A DNA stretch of 64,000 bases from contig CAYLPP010000008.1 of the NCBI GenBank assembly GCA_964385615.1, forward strand, positions 31,150 through 95,149, written 5' to 3'. Both the position numbers and the translations under genes were made by a program. Below, piece by piece: positions 49,367 to 62,219 of this stretch. How positions within the stretch are numbered: position 1 is the stretch's first letter; each line of letters opens with the position of its first letter. The notes under the pieces were generated by a model. That model did not search any database. It had not been told where the DNA came from and saw nothing but the letters and a program-made list of their open reading frames with translations. Origin of the DNA: an uncultured bacterium (GTDB lineage Bacteria > Omnitrophota > Omnitrophia > Omnitrophales > Aquincolibacteriaceae).

Positions 49367-50833
49367 ATGGGAAACGCCGCGGGAGTTGAAGTCCGTGAAG
49401 TCGGGTATGTGCGTGAAATCCGCGAGTCGATCGCCCGTGTAGAAGGTTTGCCCTCAGTCATGAACGGGCAGATTGTCCATTTCGGCCATGAATCGCGCGG
49501 AATGGTGATGGGTTTCAACGAGAAAGAAGTGCTGGTGCTTATGTTCAGCGGTAAAGAAAAGATCCGCGCGGGGGATCAGGTCTGGAGCCGCGGCGAACCT
49601 TTCTGCCTACCTGTAGGCGACAAATACATAGGCCGGATTGTCAGCGCACTTTGCGAGCCTTGTGATGGAAAACCTCCTATAGAACCGGATTCGGAAATTC
49701 CCGCTTTTAAAATGGCCCCCGGGGTTATGGAAAGAAAGCCGGTCTGCAGTCCTCTGGATACCGGCGTTAAAATTCTCGACGCGATTATTCCCGTGGCCAA
49801 AGGCCAGCGTCAGCTGTTGATCGGCGACCGTATGACCGGCAAAACGACGATCGCCATGGACACCATCATTAATCAGGCGGATAAAAACGTTATCTGCATT
49901 TATTGCTGTATCGGCCGCAGTTATTCCAACCTGCTGAAAGTCGTGGAAATTTTTAAAGAAAAAAATGTTTTCAATTATTCTCTGATTGTGGCAGCAATCG
50001 CTTCCGCTCCCGTAGGGGAACAGTTTTTAGCGCCTTACACCGCGTGCGCTTTAGGCGAGTACTTTATGAATCAGGGAAAGCATGTGTTCGTGGTTTTTGA
50101 CGACTTGACCAAACACTCCTGGGTTTACCGTCAGCTTTCGCTTCTGCTTGACCGCCCGCCAGGCCGTGAATCTTATCCGGGCGATATTTTCTACATTCAT
50201 TCCCAATTGGTTGAACGCGCCGGCCAGATGAGCGACGAAAACGGCGGGGGATCCATGACTTTCTTTCCCATGTGCGACACGCTTCAGGGCGATGTCACGG
50301 GGTATGTTCAGACGAATTTGATTTCCATGACCGACGGCCAGACGGTGATCAGCTCCGCGCTTTTTAACCAAGGCATTAAGCCTGCCATTGATTTTGGTCT
50401 TTCCGTTTCACGTATTGGTAACAAGGCCAGCGTGCCTGCCATGAAAAAACTGGCCGGCAAACTCCGCCTGGAATACTTGCAGTACAAGGAGCTGGTGCGT
50501 ATGACTCAGCTGAAAACGACCCTGTCTGAAGAAGCGGCCGCGCGTATCCGCCGGGGTGAAGTCATTACCGAACTTTTGATGCAGTACAAACATGAGCCGG
50601 CACCGATTGAAGAGCAGATCATCCACCTTTACGCGCTAAAGCTGGGGATTCTTGATCCTCTTTCCAACCAATTGCTTAAAAAGTTTAAAAAGGAAATTTT
50701 AGAATATGCCCGCAAGGAATTTCCGTCCGTCATGGCAGATTTATGTTCCAGCTGGGATTTGACGGACAGCGTGAAAAAGGGGTTGGAAGAAGTTTTTAAA
50801 AACTATATCGATAAAAACAAGGTTGTGATCTGA
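49367..50833 (+). CDS. atpA: F1 ATPase alpha subunit (divergent)
   Basis: The Walker A is GDRMTGKTTIAMDTIINQ (canonical GDRQTGKTAIAIDTIINQ). DDLTKHSWVYRQLSLLLDRPPGRESYPGDIFYIHSQLVERAG corresponds to the canonical [42 protein letters not shown]. Confidence 0.9.
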   Translation: MGNAAGVEVREVGYVREIRESIARVEGLPSVMNGQIVHFGHESRGMVMGFNEKEVLVLMFSGKEKIRAGDQVWSRGEPFCLPVGDKYIGRIVSALCEPCDGKPPIEPDSEIPAFKMAPGVMERKPVCSPLDTGVKILDAIIPVAKGQRQLLIGDRMTGKTTIAMDTIINQADKNVICIYCCIGRSYSNLLKVVEIFKEKNVFNYSLIVAAIASAPVGEQFLAPYTACALGEYFMNQGKHVFVVFDDLTKHSWVYRQLSLLLDRPPGRESYPGDIFYIHSQLVERAGQMSDENGGGSMTFFPMCDTLQGDVTGYVQTNLISMTDGQTVISSALFNQGIKPAIDFGLSVSRIGNKASVPAMKKLAGKLRLEYLQYKELVRMTQLKTTLSEEAAARIRRGEVITELLMQYKHEPAPIEEQIIHLYALKLGILDPLSNQLLKKFKKEILEYARKEFPSVMADLCSSWDLTDSVKKGLEEVFKNYIDKNKVVI

Positions 50834-51696
50834 TGGCCACTAAAAGTCTGGCCAAACTCAAGGCGGAAATGATTTTTAATGCCGACCTGACCCGTTTGGT
50901 TGACGTGATGAAAGGTGTGGCAACTTCCCAGTATTTCGTCATGGAGCATAAGCGGGTTCCTCTCGCGAAATACAGCGAAGCGCTTGACGAGCTTTTTAAG
51001 TTTTACGATTTCCGGAGCGTGGAGCATCCTTATGTCCGCGTGATGAGTGAAAAAAAACTGATTATCATGATCGCCACGGATTCAGGGTTCCTCGGCGGTT
51101 TGAACATGAAAGTCATGCAGGCAGGATTGGCTTTGGAATCCCCGGATACGAAATTCGCGGTACTGGGGGAAAGAGGAGCGACCTACTTGAGGGAATTGGG
51201 AAAGACGTTTGACGCGTTTCCCGGAATCTCTCCAGATGATTCGCGCTTTGAACTCCACAATAAACTCATCAGTTATATTTTAAAGTGCATTTGGGAAGAT
51301 GAAGTGGGGCGCGTGATCCTTGTCCATCCCCGCGCGATTTCTTTCACGGCTCAGAAAATCGATACGCTTAATCTTTTGCCGTGTCCGATGTTTTACAAAG
51401 ACAAGCCGGAAGATATGCCGGATCCTGTTCAGGTCGCCAAGGCCATGATCATGGATTCAAAACCGGAGGGAGCCATTGAGTATATGACCCTTTTCTGGCT
51501 TCGTAAGCGTCTGGTGCAGATTTTTGAAGATTCCAAATTGGCTGAATTCGGCGCCAGGACCATGCATCTGGAAGAGAGCTTCAATACCCTCAAAAACCTG
51601 GATAAACAGCTGAAATTGCAGTTTTTCAAGGCCCGCCGGGAGAAAATCGACCAAAGTCTCCGGGAAACCTTCACCTCCCAGATGGTCTGCAAATAA
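50833..51696 (+). CDS. atpG: F1 ATPase gamma subunit (divergent)
   Basis: It overlaps the atpA stop (ATGA), as expected by position. The N-terminal helix AKLKAEMIFNADLTRLVDVMKGVATSQY resembles the gamma KITKAMEMVAASK region, and the C-terminus is helical. Confidence 0.65.
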   Translation: MATKSLAKLKAEMIFNADLTRLVDVMKGVATSQYFVMEHKRVPLAKYSEALDELFKFYDFRSVEHPYVRVMSEKKLIIMIATDSGFLGGLNMKVMQAGLALESPDTKFAVLGERGATYLRELGKTFDAFPGISPDDSRFELHNKLISYILKCIWEDEVGRVILVHPRAISFTAQKIDTLNLLPCPMFYKDKPEDMPDPVQVAKAMIMDSKPEGAIEYMTLFWLRKRLVQIFEDSKLAEFGARTMHLEESFNTLKNLDKQLKLQFFKARREKIDQSLRETFTSQMVCK

Positions 51697-51718
51697 CCCT
51701 TTTTTTACCCCTCCGCCC

Positions 51719-51747
51719 TTGTGAAGTCTATGGGCATATGCTATATT
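51719..51747 (+). promoter_or_regulatory. Candidate sigma70-type promoter for the histidine kinase + atpD transcription unit
   Basis: TTGTGA (51719-51724), a 17-nt spacer, then TATATT (51742-51747), in the 146-nt gap after atpG. An AGAGGAA RBS lies 8 nt before the ATG at 51843. Confidence 0.4.
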
Positions 51748-51842
51748 TTCTTATACAGAGATTGACAAAGTTATTAAAAGATTAACTACGCAAAAAAACA
51801 GGAACTGTTCCATGGGTGTGTCACTAACCAGAGGAATTGTGC

Positions 51843-55123
<3,281 letters not shown>

Positions 55124-55181
55124 AGGCTTCGGGGTTGTCTTACGGCACCGCCAAACCCGGAATCCTTAGGAGAGGATTTTT

Positions 55182-55607
55182 ATGGCGCTGAGAATTGGTG
55201 AATTACTTGTTAATAAAAAACTTCTGACGGTAGATCAGTTAGATGCGGCTTTGTCGGAGCAGAGCCGGTCAGGCAAGTTTCTCGGAGAAATTCTTGTCCA
55301 GATGGGCATGGTTCACGAAGAGGATCTGCTGAAAGTGCTGGCTGAACAATTCAATACGCACTTTGTGAAGCTTTCAGAAGTTCAGATTAACCCGGTCGTG
55401 GTCAAAATGGTTCCTGTGGATCTCGTGGCGGAGCATCATTTTATGCCGGTGGAAATGCGCAGCGGCATCATGCTGATCGCGGTTTCCAACCCCCTGGATA
55501 TGTGGCCCATGAGCGCTTTGCAGAAAAAACTTAACCTTTCGGACGTGCAGATTGTACTGGCGCAGAAGAAAGACATTCTTAACTGTATCCGGAAATATTA
55601 TGCCTAG
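55182..55607 (+). CDS. Stand-alone MshEN / T2SSE_N-like domain protein (putative c-di-GMP receptor)
   Basis: Two tandem 24-residue MshEN motifs, RLGxxLVxxGxLTxxQLxxALxxQ, are present: LRIGELLVNKKLLTVDQLDAALSEQ and FLGEILVQMGMVHEEDLLKVLAEQ. The protein is 141 aa and sits directly 5' of the GspE ATPase. Confidence 0.65.
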   Translation: MALRIGELLVNKKLLTVDQLDAALSEQSRSGKFLGEILVQMGMVHEEDLLKVLAEQFNTHFVKLSEVQINPVVVKMVPVDLVAEHHFMPVEMRSGIMLIAVSNPLDMWPMSALQKKLNLSDVQIVLAQKKDILNCIRKYYA

Positions 55608-55621
55608 GAACGGGGGACGAT

Positions 55622-57340
55622 GTGAGTGACCGGATTTCTGATGAACTGCTGAAAAAGAACCTGCTCAAAGAAGATCAGGTTAAAGAAGCGGAGGCGGAGC
55701 AGAAAAAGACCGGCGAACCGCTCGGAAAGATTCTTCTCCGGAAAGGTTATGTCCGGGAAGAAGATCTCGCCCGCGCGCTGGCCGAACAGTTTAAAATGCC
55801 GTTTGTCCGTTTCGGAAAATTTTTGATTGCTAAAGACGTTCTTGAGAAAGTTCCTGCCAAGCTGGCAATGCACTACAAGATGATGCCGGTGCGCGCCTCC
55901 GAAACCACCATGACGGTTGCCATTTCAGACCCCCAGGATGTCCGTGTTCTTGACGATATCCGCATCGCTTTGAAATCCAAATATAAAGTTGAGGCTGTTC
56001 TCGCGACTGAAACTGACATTCTGAATTCCATCCGGAAATATTACGGGCTGGGCGCTGAGACGGTCGAAGGCATTCTGCAGGCGGAGGATAAGTCCAGTAT
56101 TCCCGTGCCTGAAGCTGAAAATGAAGTCGAGGATATTGAAAAGCTGGCAGGAGATGCTTCGATTGTAAAACTGGTCAATCAGGTTTTGCTTGAAGCCTAC
56201 AAGAAACGGGCGACGGATATTCATATTGAGCCGTACCGCAGTAAACTTCAGCTTCGCTACCGCGTGGACGGCATGCTTTATCCCGCGGAAGTTCCGGATA
56301 ATATTAAACGGTTTTTGCCCGCGATTATTTCGCGCATTAAAATTATGTCGAACCTGAATATCGTGGAACGGCGTCTGCCTCAAGACGGCCGGGCTTCGAT
56401 TAAAGTCGGCGCTCAGAAAATGGATTTGCGTATCTCCGTTCTTCCGACTCCGCACGGGGAAAGCGTGGTTATCCGCATTCTGCCGACTTCCATGCTGATC
56501 CGTCTTTCCGACTTGGGCATGGATCAGTCTCAGCAGGATATTCTGGAAACCTTGATTCATAAACCTTACGGCATTATTTTTGTCACAGGTCCTACGGGCG
56601 CGGGTAAATCAACAACGCTTTACGCCTGCCTTTCCACCATCAATAAACCTGAAAATAAGATCATTACGATCGAAGATCCGATTGAGTATGAGTTGGAAGG
56701 CATCACTCAGATTCAGGTCATGCCCCAGATCGGGCTGACTTTCGCGCAAGGCCTTCGGAGTATGCTTCGCCATGACCCTGACGTGATGATGGTCGGGGAA
56801 GTCCGTGACTTTGAAACGGCCGAATTGGCCATCCGTATCGCGCTGACCGGCCATCTGGTTTTTTCAACCCTGCACACCAACGACGCGTCCAGCGCCGTAA
56901 CGCGCCTGATCGATATGGGGATTGATCCTTTCCTGGTGGTTTCCTCCGTGGAGTGTTTTATCGCTCAGCGCCTGATCCGCATGATCTGTGATAAGTGTAA
57001 AAAGGAAGATACGCGCACCATTCTTCCTGAGCTCAAAAAAGAAATTATGGAATGCCAGCGCAATACCAAAGATTTTAAACTCTGGATCGGCGAAGGCTGT
57101 GAGCACTGTAATTTTTCCGGCTTCAAGGGCCGTACGGGGATTCATGAATTCCTTCTGCTGACTCCGCCCATGAAAGACGCCATTATGAAAAAAGCTTCAG
57201 CCGACGAAATTAAAAAATTCGCGCTGGCTAACGGAATGCGGACTCTTAGGCAGTCCGGGTGGGACAAAGTTATTTTAGGGCAGACAACGATTGATGAAAT
57301 CATGCGTGTAACTCAGGTCGCCGGCGAAGAAGAAAATTAG
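55622..57340 (+). CDS. gspE: Type II secretion / type IV pilus assembly ATPase (GspE/PilB family) with an MshEN-like N-terminal domain
   Basis: A GTG start follows a GGGGGA RBS. The Walker A is GPTGAGKSTTLYA, with Asp and His boxes. The C-terminal tetracysteine is CDKCKK...CEHCNFSGFKGRTGIHE. The second MshEN motif (PLGKILLRKGYVREEDLARALAEQF) is intact and the first is degenerate. Confidence 0.9.
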   Translation: MSDRISDELLKKNLLKEDQVKEAEAEQKKTGEPLGKILLRKGYVREEDLARALAEQFKMPFVRFGKFLIAKDVLEKVPAKLAMHYKMMPVRASETTMTVAISDPQDVRVLDDIRIALKSKYKVEAVLATETDILNSIRKYYGLGAETVEGILQAEDKSSIPVPEAENEVEDIEKLAGDASIVKLVNQVLLEAYKKRATDIHIEPYRSKLQLRYRVDGMLYPAEVPDNIKRFLPAIISRIKIMSNLNIVERRLPQDGRASIKVGAQKMDLRISVLPTPHGESVVIRILPTSMLIRLSDLGMDQSQQDILETLIHKPYGIIFVTGPTGAGKSTTLYACLSTINKPENKIITIEDPIEYELEGITQIQVMPQIGLTFAQGLRSMLRHDPDVMMVGEVRDFETAELAIRIALTGHLVFSTLHTNDASSAVTRLIDMGIDPFLVVSSVECFIAQRLIRMICDKCKKEDTRTILPELKKEIMECQRNTKDFKLWIGEGCEHCNFSGFKGRTGIHEFLLLTPPMKDAIMKKASADEIKKFALANGMRTLRQSGWDKVILGQTTIDEIMRVTQVAGEEEN

Positions 57341-57347
57341 GTGAGCC

Positions 57348-58595
57348 ATGAGATTTATCTATAAGGCGAAAAAAGGGCCGTCCGAAGTCGTTGAAGGCGA
57401 GCTGGATGCCGAAAACGAAGAAGCGGTTCTTGGAAAAATTTCAGCCTGGGGTCTGATTCCCATCCGGATTTATCCTGCTTCCGCTGAAGAAGCCCAGAGG
57501 ATTTTAGGTTCAACCGCCTCGGAGCGGGCCGAAATAAAAGCTGAAAACCGTAACCGGGTCACGGTTCCTTATAAAGAAATCAATATCTTTACGCGCCAGT
57601 TTGCCATCCTTCTTAAAGCCAGCGTGCCTCTGCTGAGGATTTTTGAAATCCTTCAAAGCCAGAGCCGGAATCCAAAATTTAAAACAGTGCTGAAAGAAAT
57701 TCAGGATACCCTGCGCCAGGGCACGGCTCTTTCGGAAGCGCTTTCTCATTATCCCCGGATTTTTTCGCAAGTTTACATCAGCATGGTTCACGCGGGCGAG
57801 GTTAGCGGTACTCTGGATCAGGTTTTACTCCAGCTTTCAGAATTTGCTGAGAGGGAAGCCGAAGTCCGCGCGCGGGTTCAAAACGCTTTTGTGTACCCGC
57901 TTTTCCTTCTTGCGATGGGCATCGGCACGGTATTCGTTCTGCTGACTTTTGTCATGCCCCGCATGATCAGCCTTTTCGCGGATCTGGGCACGGAGCTTCC
58001 AGGCCCGACCCGTGTGATTATTGCTATTAGCAATTTTTGTCAATCTTACTGGGTTTTTATGATCGCGGGGACGGCGGTTTTAATTTTTCTGCTCCGCTCG
58101 AAGGGGTTGAGCACGGCTCAAAAAAGAAGCGTGGATAAAACCGTTATTCGTTTGCCCATTCTGGGAGCCTTAATGGAAAAAGCGGAAGCTTCAAAATTTC
58201 TCCGTTCTCTGGAACTTCTTTATGAACATGGGATCCCGCTTTATCAGGCGGTCGCGGTCGCGAACCGGACGGTTTCAAATTTGGCGGTGCGGGATGAGCT
58301 GGAAAAAGTTCCGGCCCGTCTGGAAGGAGGCGCGACGCTGGCCCGAAGCCTGGAGGAAGTTCCCTACATTTCTAAATTTGTAACGCATATGGTCGCGGTG
58401 GGCGAAGAGTCAGGGCAATTGGGAACGGCCGTGCGTGAAACCGCTTCTTTTTATGAACAGGAAACCAATCAGATGATCAAAGTCGCGACCTCTTTGCTTG
58501 AACCCCTCATGATTCTTGGAATTGGTCTGGTTGTCGGGTTTATCGTGATCGCGATGCTTCTGCCGATTTTCGAGATCCATGTCCTCGCTCAATAA
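57348..58595 (+). CDS. gspF: Inner-membrane platform protein (GspF/PilC family)
   Basis: It has two T2SSF-type repeats and three TM segments. Its position after the ATPase is conserved. Confidence 0.85.
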   Translation: MRFIYKAKKGPSEVVEGELDAENEEAVLGKISAWGLIPIRIYPASAEEAQRILGSTASERAEIKAENRNRVTVPYKEINIFTRQFAILLKASVPLLRIFEILQSQSRNPKFKTVLKEIQDTLRQGTALSEALSHYPRIFSQVYISMVHAGEVSGTLDQVLLQLSEFAEREAEVRARVQNAFVYPLFLLAMGIGTVFVLLTFVMPRMISLFADLGTELPGPTRVIIAISNFCQSYWVFMIAGTAVLIFLLRSKGLSTAQKRSVDKTVIRLPILGALMEKAEASKFLRSLELLYEHGIPLYQAVAVANRTVSNLAVRDELEKVPARLEGGATLARSLEEVPYISKFVTHMVAVGEESGQLGTAVRETASFYEQETNQMIKVATSLLEPLMILGIGLVVGFIVIAMLLPIFEIHVLAQ

Positions 58596-58986
58596 TAAAG
58601 GATTTACTCTCGTAGAGGTTTTGACCGCGGTGACTGTGCTGGCGGTCGGGTTGGTGCTTGTGGTCCAGGCGATGGGACGTACTCAGCAGGCCGTGCGTCT
58701 TTCCGAAAACCTCACCGCTGCTTCTCATATTGCTGAAGAGCAAATCACCCGCCTGAAACTGGCCGACCGCGAGCGGGGAAAACCCGGCTATGGTGAAGAC
58801 GGCAAGCAGGAGTACCTGGGCCGGGAGTTTAGCTGGGCCAGCAGCGTTGAGCCTTTTACACGCGCGGACGTGCATGAAGAAGACCAGATCAGTCAGATTT
58901 CCGCCGAGGTTAAATGGCAGGAGGCCGGTGTTGAAAAAAATCTGCGCGCGGTTTCACTGGTTACGCACCGGAAGAGCTTTTCATGA
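58579..58986 (+). CDS. Minor pseudopilin (GspH/GspI-like) with type IV prepilin leader
   Basis: NKG|FTLVEVLTAVTVLAVGLVL has G at -1, F at +1, E at +5 and a hydrophobic N-terminal helix. Confidence 0.75.
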   Translation: MSSLNNKGFTLVEVLTAVTVLAVGLVLVVQAMGRTQQAVRLSENLTAASHIAEEQITRLKLADRERGKPGYGEDGKQEYLGREFSWASSVEPFTRADVHEEDQISQISAEVKWQEAGVEKNLRAVSLVTHRKSFS

Positions 58987-59651
58987 AGAATCCCCGCGGT
59001 TTTACCCTAATCGAGACTCTTCTTGCGGTCACTCTTTTTATGATTGTCATGGTGTCCGCCTACAGCGTTTTTCATATGGGAATTCAGATATGGAAGCGGG
59101 TCACTGGCGCGCTGCCCGTGCAGAGATTGGCGCTGACCGCGCTGGAAAGAATGGGGGAGGATATTCGATCCATCCAGCCTATCCAGCCGGCGCCCAAAGG
59201 GGTTGTGATCGTTCAGAAGAAGCATGATTTTAAATTCCAGGGATCTGGAGAATCGTTTCTCATGTCCGCGATTCTGCCCGTTCAGGATTCTTCGGGCGCG
59301 GATTCTTTTCAAGCCGGAGGTCTTGGGTACGCTTTTAAATCTTCAGCCGGTGAACTTTGCCGGATGACACAGAACGCGTCTCAGCTTTACGCCGGCGAAG
59401 AACCCTCCTGCAGGGTGATGCTTTCGGGGATTCAGAAACTTCATTTTCAGTATTGGATTGAAAATCCAATCACTAAAAGTTTTTCCTGGTACGATGCCTG
59501 GGATACTTCCGAAAGTCTTCCTCAGGCCTTCCGCGTGGAAATGGAAATTAAAGTCAAGAGCCGGAAAAACGCGGAACCGCTCCGGTTTGAGCGTACTTTC
59601 TGGGTACCTTCAGGCGATCAAGCGATGACCGTAGATTCGGGGGCCGCATGA
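58983..59651 (+). CDS. Minor pseudopilin (GspJ-like) with prepilin leader
   Basis: PRG|FTLIETLLAVTLFMIVMV has E at +5. It is 222 aa and overlaps its neighbours by 4 nt. Confidence 0.7.
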   Translation: MKNPRGFTLIETLLAVTLFMIVMVSAYSVFHMGIQIWKRVTGALPVQRLALTALERMGEDIRSIQPIQPAPKGVVIVQKKHDFKFQGSGESFLMSAILPVQDSSGADSFQAGGLGYAFKSSAGELCRMTQNASQLYAGEEPSCRVMLSGIQKLHFQYWIENPITKSFSWYDAWDTSESLPQAFRVEMEIKVKSRKNAEPLRFERTFWVPSGDQAMTVDSGAA

Positions 59652-60661
59652 ATCTTACCGCGGGCCGGCAGCAGGGCAGTGTGCTGGTGGCCGTACTTTG
59701 GCTATTGGCCATGATGGGTGTTTTCGCCATGGCCGTGACACGGCAGGCTTCGCAGGAACTTCTTTTCGGCCAATGGCTGAGGGACCGGGTGCTTGCCAGA
59801 AATCTGGCTGAAGCCGGTATTGAACGCGCGTTAATCGAACTTCGCCACGATAAGTTTAAAGTTTTTGACTCGTTTCAGGAAACCTGGGGATCGAACCCGA
59901 AAGCGTTCAGCCATATTTCGCTCCAGGCAGGAACTTATTCAGTGATCTGTGAACAGGATGGAGAAACGCTCTACGGCGCCTGTGATGAATCCGGACGGAT
60001 TAACATTAATAAAGCTTCTCCGGAAATTCTGAAAAATTTGATGATGGCGGCGGATTCCGGCATCGGCGAGGATAAAGCTTCGGCGATTGCTGACGCGATC
60101 GAAGACTGGCGGGATGGAAACGATGACCGCTCCGATCATGGCGCGGAATCCTCCGAGTATCATTCACTGAAGAAACCTTATGAAGCGCGCAACGGAGATC
60201 TGGAATCAGTCGAAGAACTTAATATGGTGATGGGGATGACGCCTGAACTTTTCCGGAAGATCCGGCCGTACGTGACTGTTTACACGGATGGGAGGATTAA
60301 TTTTAATACGGCGCCCAAGGCGGTTTTCAGGGCCCTTGGGCTTTCAGAAGTTCTGGCCGGAAGGCTGGTCGATTTCCGCAAAGGCGCGGACGGCATGACC
60401 GGCACTCTGGACGATGAGGTGTTTCAGGATACGGCCCAGATTCTCCCGGCTTTAAGCGCGGGAGGTAACTTTTCGGGAGAAGATTACTCTCAGCTTTCCA
60501 ACGCGCTCAGCCTGGGTTCGGCATCGGTCACTTCCGGTGTTTTTAGAGTTAATGCTATGGGGAGCTTAAACCGTGAGGCCCGAAAGACCGATACATGGAT
60601 AAGCTGTGTCATGAAACGTGACGGAACCATTCTAAGCTGGAGAGAAGGCCGTAATGCCTAA
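59648..60661 (+). CDS. gspK: Minor pseudopilin GspK-like
   Basis: The N-terminus is QQGSVLVAVLWLLAMMGVFAMAV. GspK characteristically lacks Glu+5 and starts G-(S/V)-(A/V)-L-L-x-V-L-W. It is ~337 aa, with helix-hairpin-helix-like segments. Confidence 0.7.
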   Translation: MNLTAGRQQGSVLVAVLWLLAMMGVFAMAVTRQASQELLFGQWLRDRVLARNLAEAGIERALIELRHDKFKVFDSFQETWGSNPKAFSHISLQAGTYSVICEQDGETLYGACDESGRININKASPEILKNLMMAADSGIGEDKASAIADAIEDWRDGNDDRSDHGAESSEYHSLKKPYEARNGDLESVEELNMVMGMTPELFRKIRPYVTVYTDGRINFNTAPKAVFRALGLSEVLAGRLVDFRKGADGMTGTLDDEVFQDTAQILPALSAGGNFSGEDYSQLSNALSLGSASVTSGVFRVNAMGSLNREARKTDTWISCVMKRDGTILSWREGRNA

Positions 60662-62219
60662 GATGGCGATGCCCAAGTTGAGTCTGCCGAAATTTCGGAT
60701 GCCTCCTTTGTCTTTTAAAGGAGGCAAACTGCCCGGATTTTTTTCTCTGGGGCCAGTCGGTAAGACGGCGCTGGCCATTGAAATCGGTGAAGACTGGCTC
60801 AAGCTCGCGGCCGCCGCTGAAACGGGGAAAAACGAAAGAAAAATTCTTTGGACCGCCTGCGAACCTTCGCGGGATATTGATGCTTTTTCGCTTGCTTTAA
60901 AAGTCGCGCAGATCGTGAAATCTCATCATATGAAACCTTCACGTGTTCTGGTTTCATTTCCATCCCGGCATTTGACGACGCGCATTCTTTCACTGCCCTC
61001 CACGGATCCCGTGGAAATCGCCGATATCGTTTCGCTTCAGGCCGTAAAGCAAACTCCTTACGCGCGCGAAGAAATCACGGCCGGGTATCATAAAATTGAC
61101 AGTGATGCTTCAGGCTATTCCCGGATTTTTCTCGCGATCGCGCACCGCGACCAGCCTTCCCAGTATTTCCGCACGGCAGAAATGGCGTTTCTTCTCCCCG
61201 ATCAAATCGTTCCGGCCGTTGAAGGCCTGCGATTTTGGACAAAAATCGTTTTTGAGAGTGAGGCGGAAAAATCACAGGAACCGGTATTGATTCTTGAAGT
61301 GGACGAAGCGGTGACGGAACTGCTTGTGGTTGCCGGAAATAATATGATTTTTACGCGCGGTCTGGGGATTGGGTCCAAACAGCTTCAGGAGCAAGCCGGG
61401 ACGATTGAGCCGGAATTCCTGCGGGAAGTCCAACGGTCTCTGGAATCGGATGAAACCCTGAAACAGACTCGAATTTCCAGGATCATTGTGACGGGTGTTT
61501 CCCAGGCTTCTAAAACGGCCGCTGCCATTTTAAGCCGTGAAATGGATATTCCCTGCGAAGTCCTGCCGTGTTTTGAGCCGGCCAGGAAATCTTTTGCCGA
61601 TGACGCGGCTGAAAGTATTTCCAAAAGCCCGGTTTCTTTTGCCGCGCTGACCGGACTCCTTCTTTCGCCGGAAATTTCTGAAATCAATTTGATGCCGGAC
61701 GATGTCCGCCTGCGTAAAGGCCTTGAGCAGAGAGCGCGCGAGCTGGCTTTCATGGGAACGCTTCTGCTGACCATTGTCATGCTGGGATCTTTAATCGGTT
61801 TCGAGAAAATTTACAAACGGACTGTGTATCTGGATTATTTGAAAAAAGAATACGCGGCGGTGCGCGCTCAGGCGGAAGATGTGGAACGGCTGATCGGGAA
61901 AATTAAACTGGCGGCTGAGCAGACGGGCGGAAAAACAGACTTTCAGGAAGTTTTGTTTGATATCAATACCGTGCTTCCAGACAGCCTGATTCTGACTTCC
62001 ATTGATTACAATGACCGGGAAAAAACGGTGCTGATCCGCGGAACGGCGCGTGAAATGTCTTCGGTGTTTCAGTTTCTTTCAACGCTGGAATCCACGCCCA
62101 GTCTTGAGCAGGTAAAGACGAGGAATGTGACCAAGCGTAAAGCGGGGGAGCAGGAAGTCTCGGAATTCGAAATCGCGGCGGTTTTGGCCGCGGAGAATTC
62201 CGAGGGAGGCAAGCCATGA
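60654..62219 (+). CDS. GspL-like / PilM-PilN fusion (cytoplasmic actin-like domain + TM + periplasmic domain)
   Basis: It has a ~350-aa cytoplasmic domain and a single TM (LAFMGTLLLTIVMLGSLIGF). The periplasmic PilN/GspL-C-like domain includes ...VLFDINTVLPDSLILTSIDYNDREKTVLIRGTA... Its position precedes the PilO/GspM-like gene. Confidence 0.65.
   Translation: MPKMAMPKLSLPKFRMPPLSFKGGKLPGFFSLGPVGKTALAIEIGEDWLKLAAAAETGKNERKILWTACEPSRDIDAFSLALKVAQIVKSHHMKPSRVLVSFPSRHLTTRILSLPSTDPVEIADIVSLQAVKQTPYAREEITAGYHKIDSDASGYSRIFLAIAHRDQPSQYFRTAEMAFLLPDQIVPAVEGLRFWTKIVFESEAEKSQEPVLILEVDEAVTELLVVAGNNMIFTRGLGIGSKQLQEQAGTIEPEFLREVQRSLESDETLKQTRISRIIVTGVSQASKTAAAILSREMDIPCEVLPCFEPARKSFADDAAESISKSPVSFAALTGLLLSPEISEINLMPDDVRLRKGLEQRARELAFMGTLLLTIVMLGSLIGFEKIYKRTVYLDYLKKEYAAVRAQAEDVERLIGKIKLAAEQTGGKTDFQEVLFDINTVLPDSLILTSIDYNDREKTVLIRGTAREMSSVFQFLSTLESTPSLEQVKTRNVTKRKAGEQEVSEFEIAAVLAAENSEGGKP

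Noticed and set aside
51762-51790. Second promoter candidate TTGACA at 51762-51767
   Set aside because: A perfect -35 hexamer, but no acceptable -10 lies at 16-18 nt spacing (actacg / aactac). The TTGTGA-N17-TATATT candidate 43 nt upstream is better supported.
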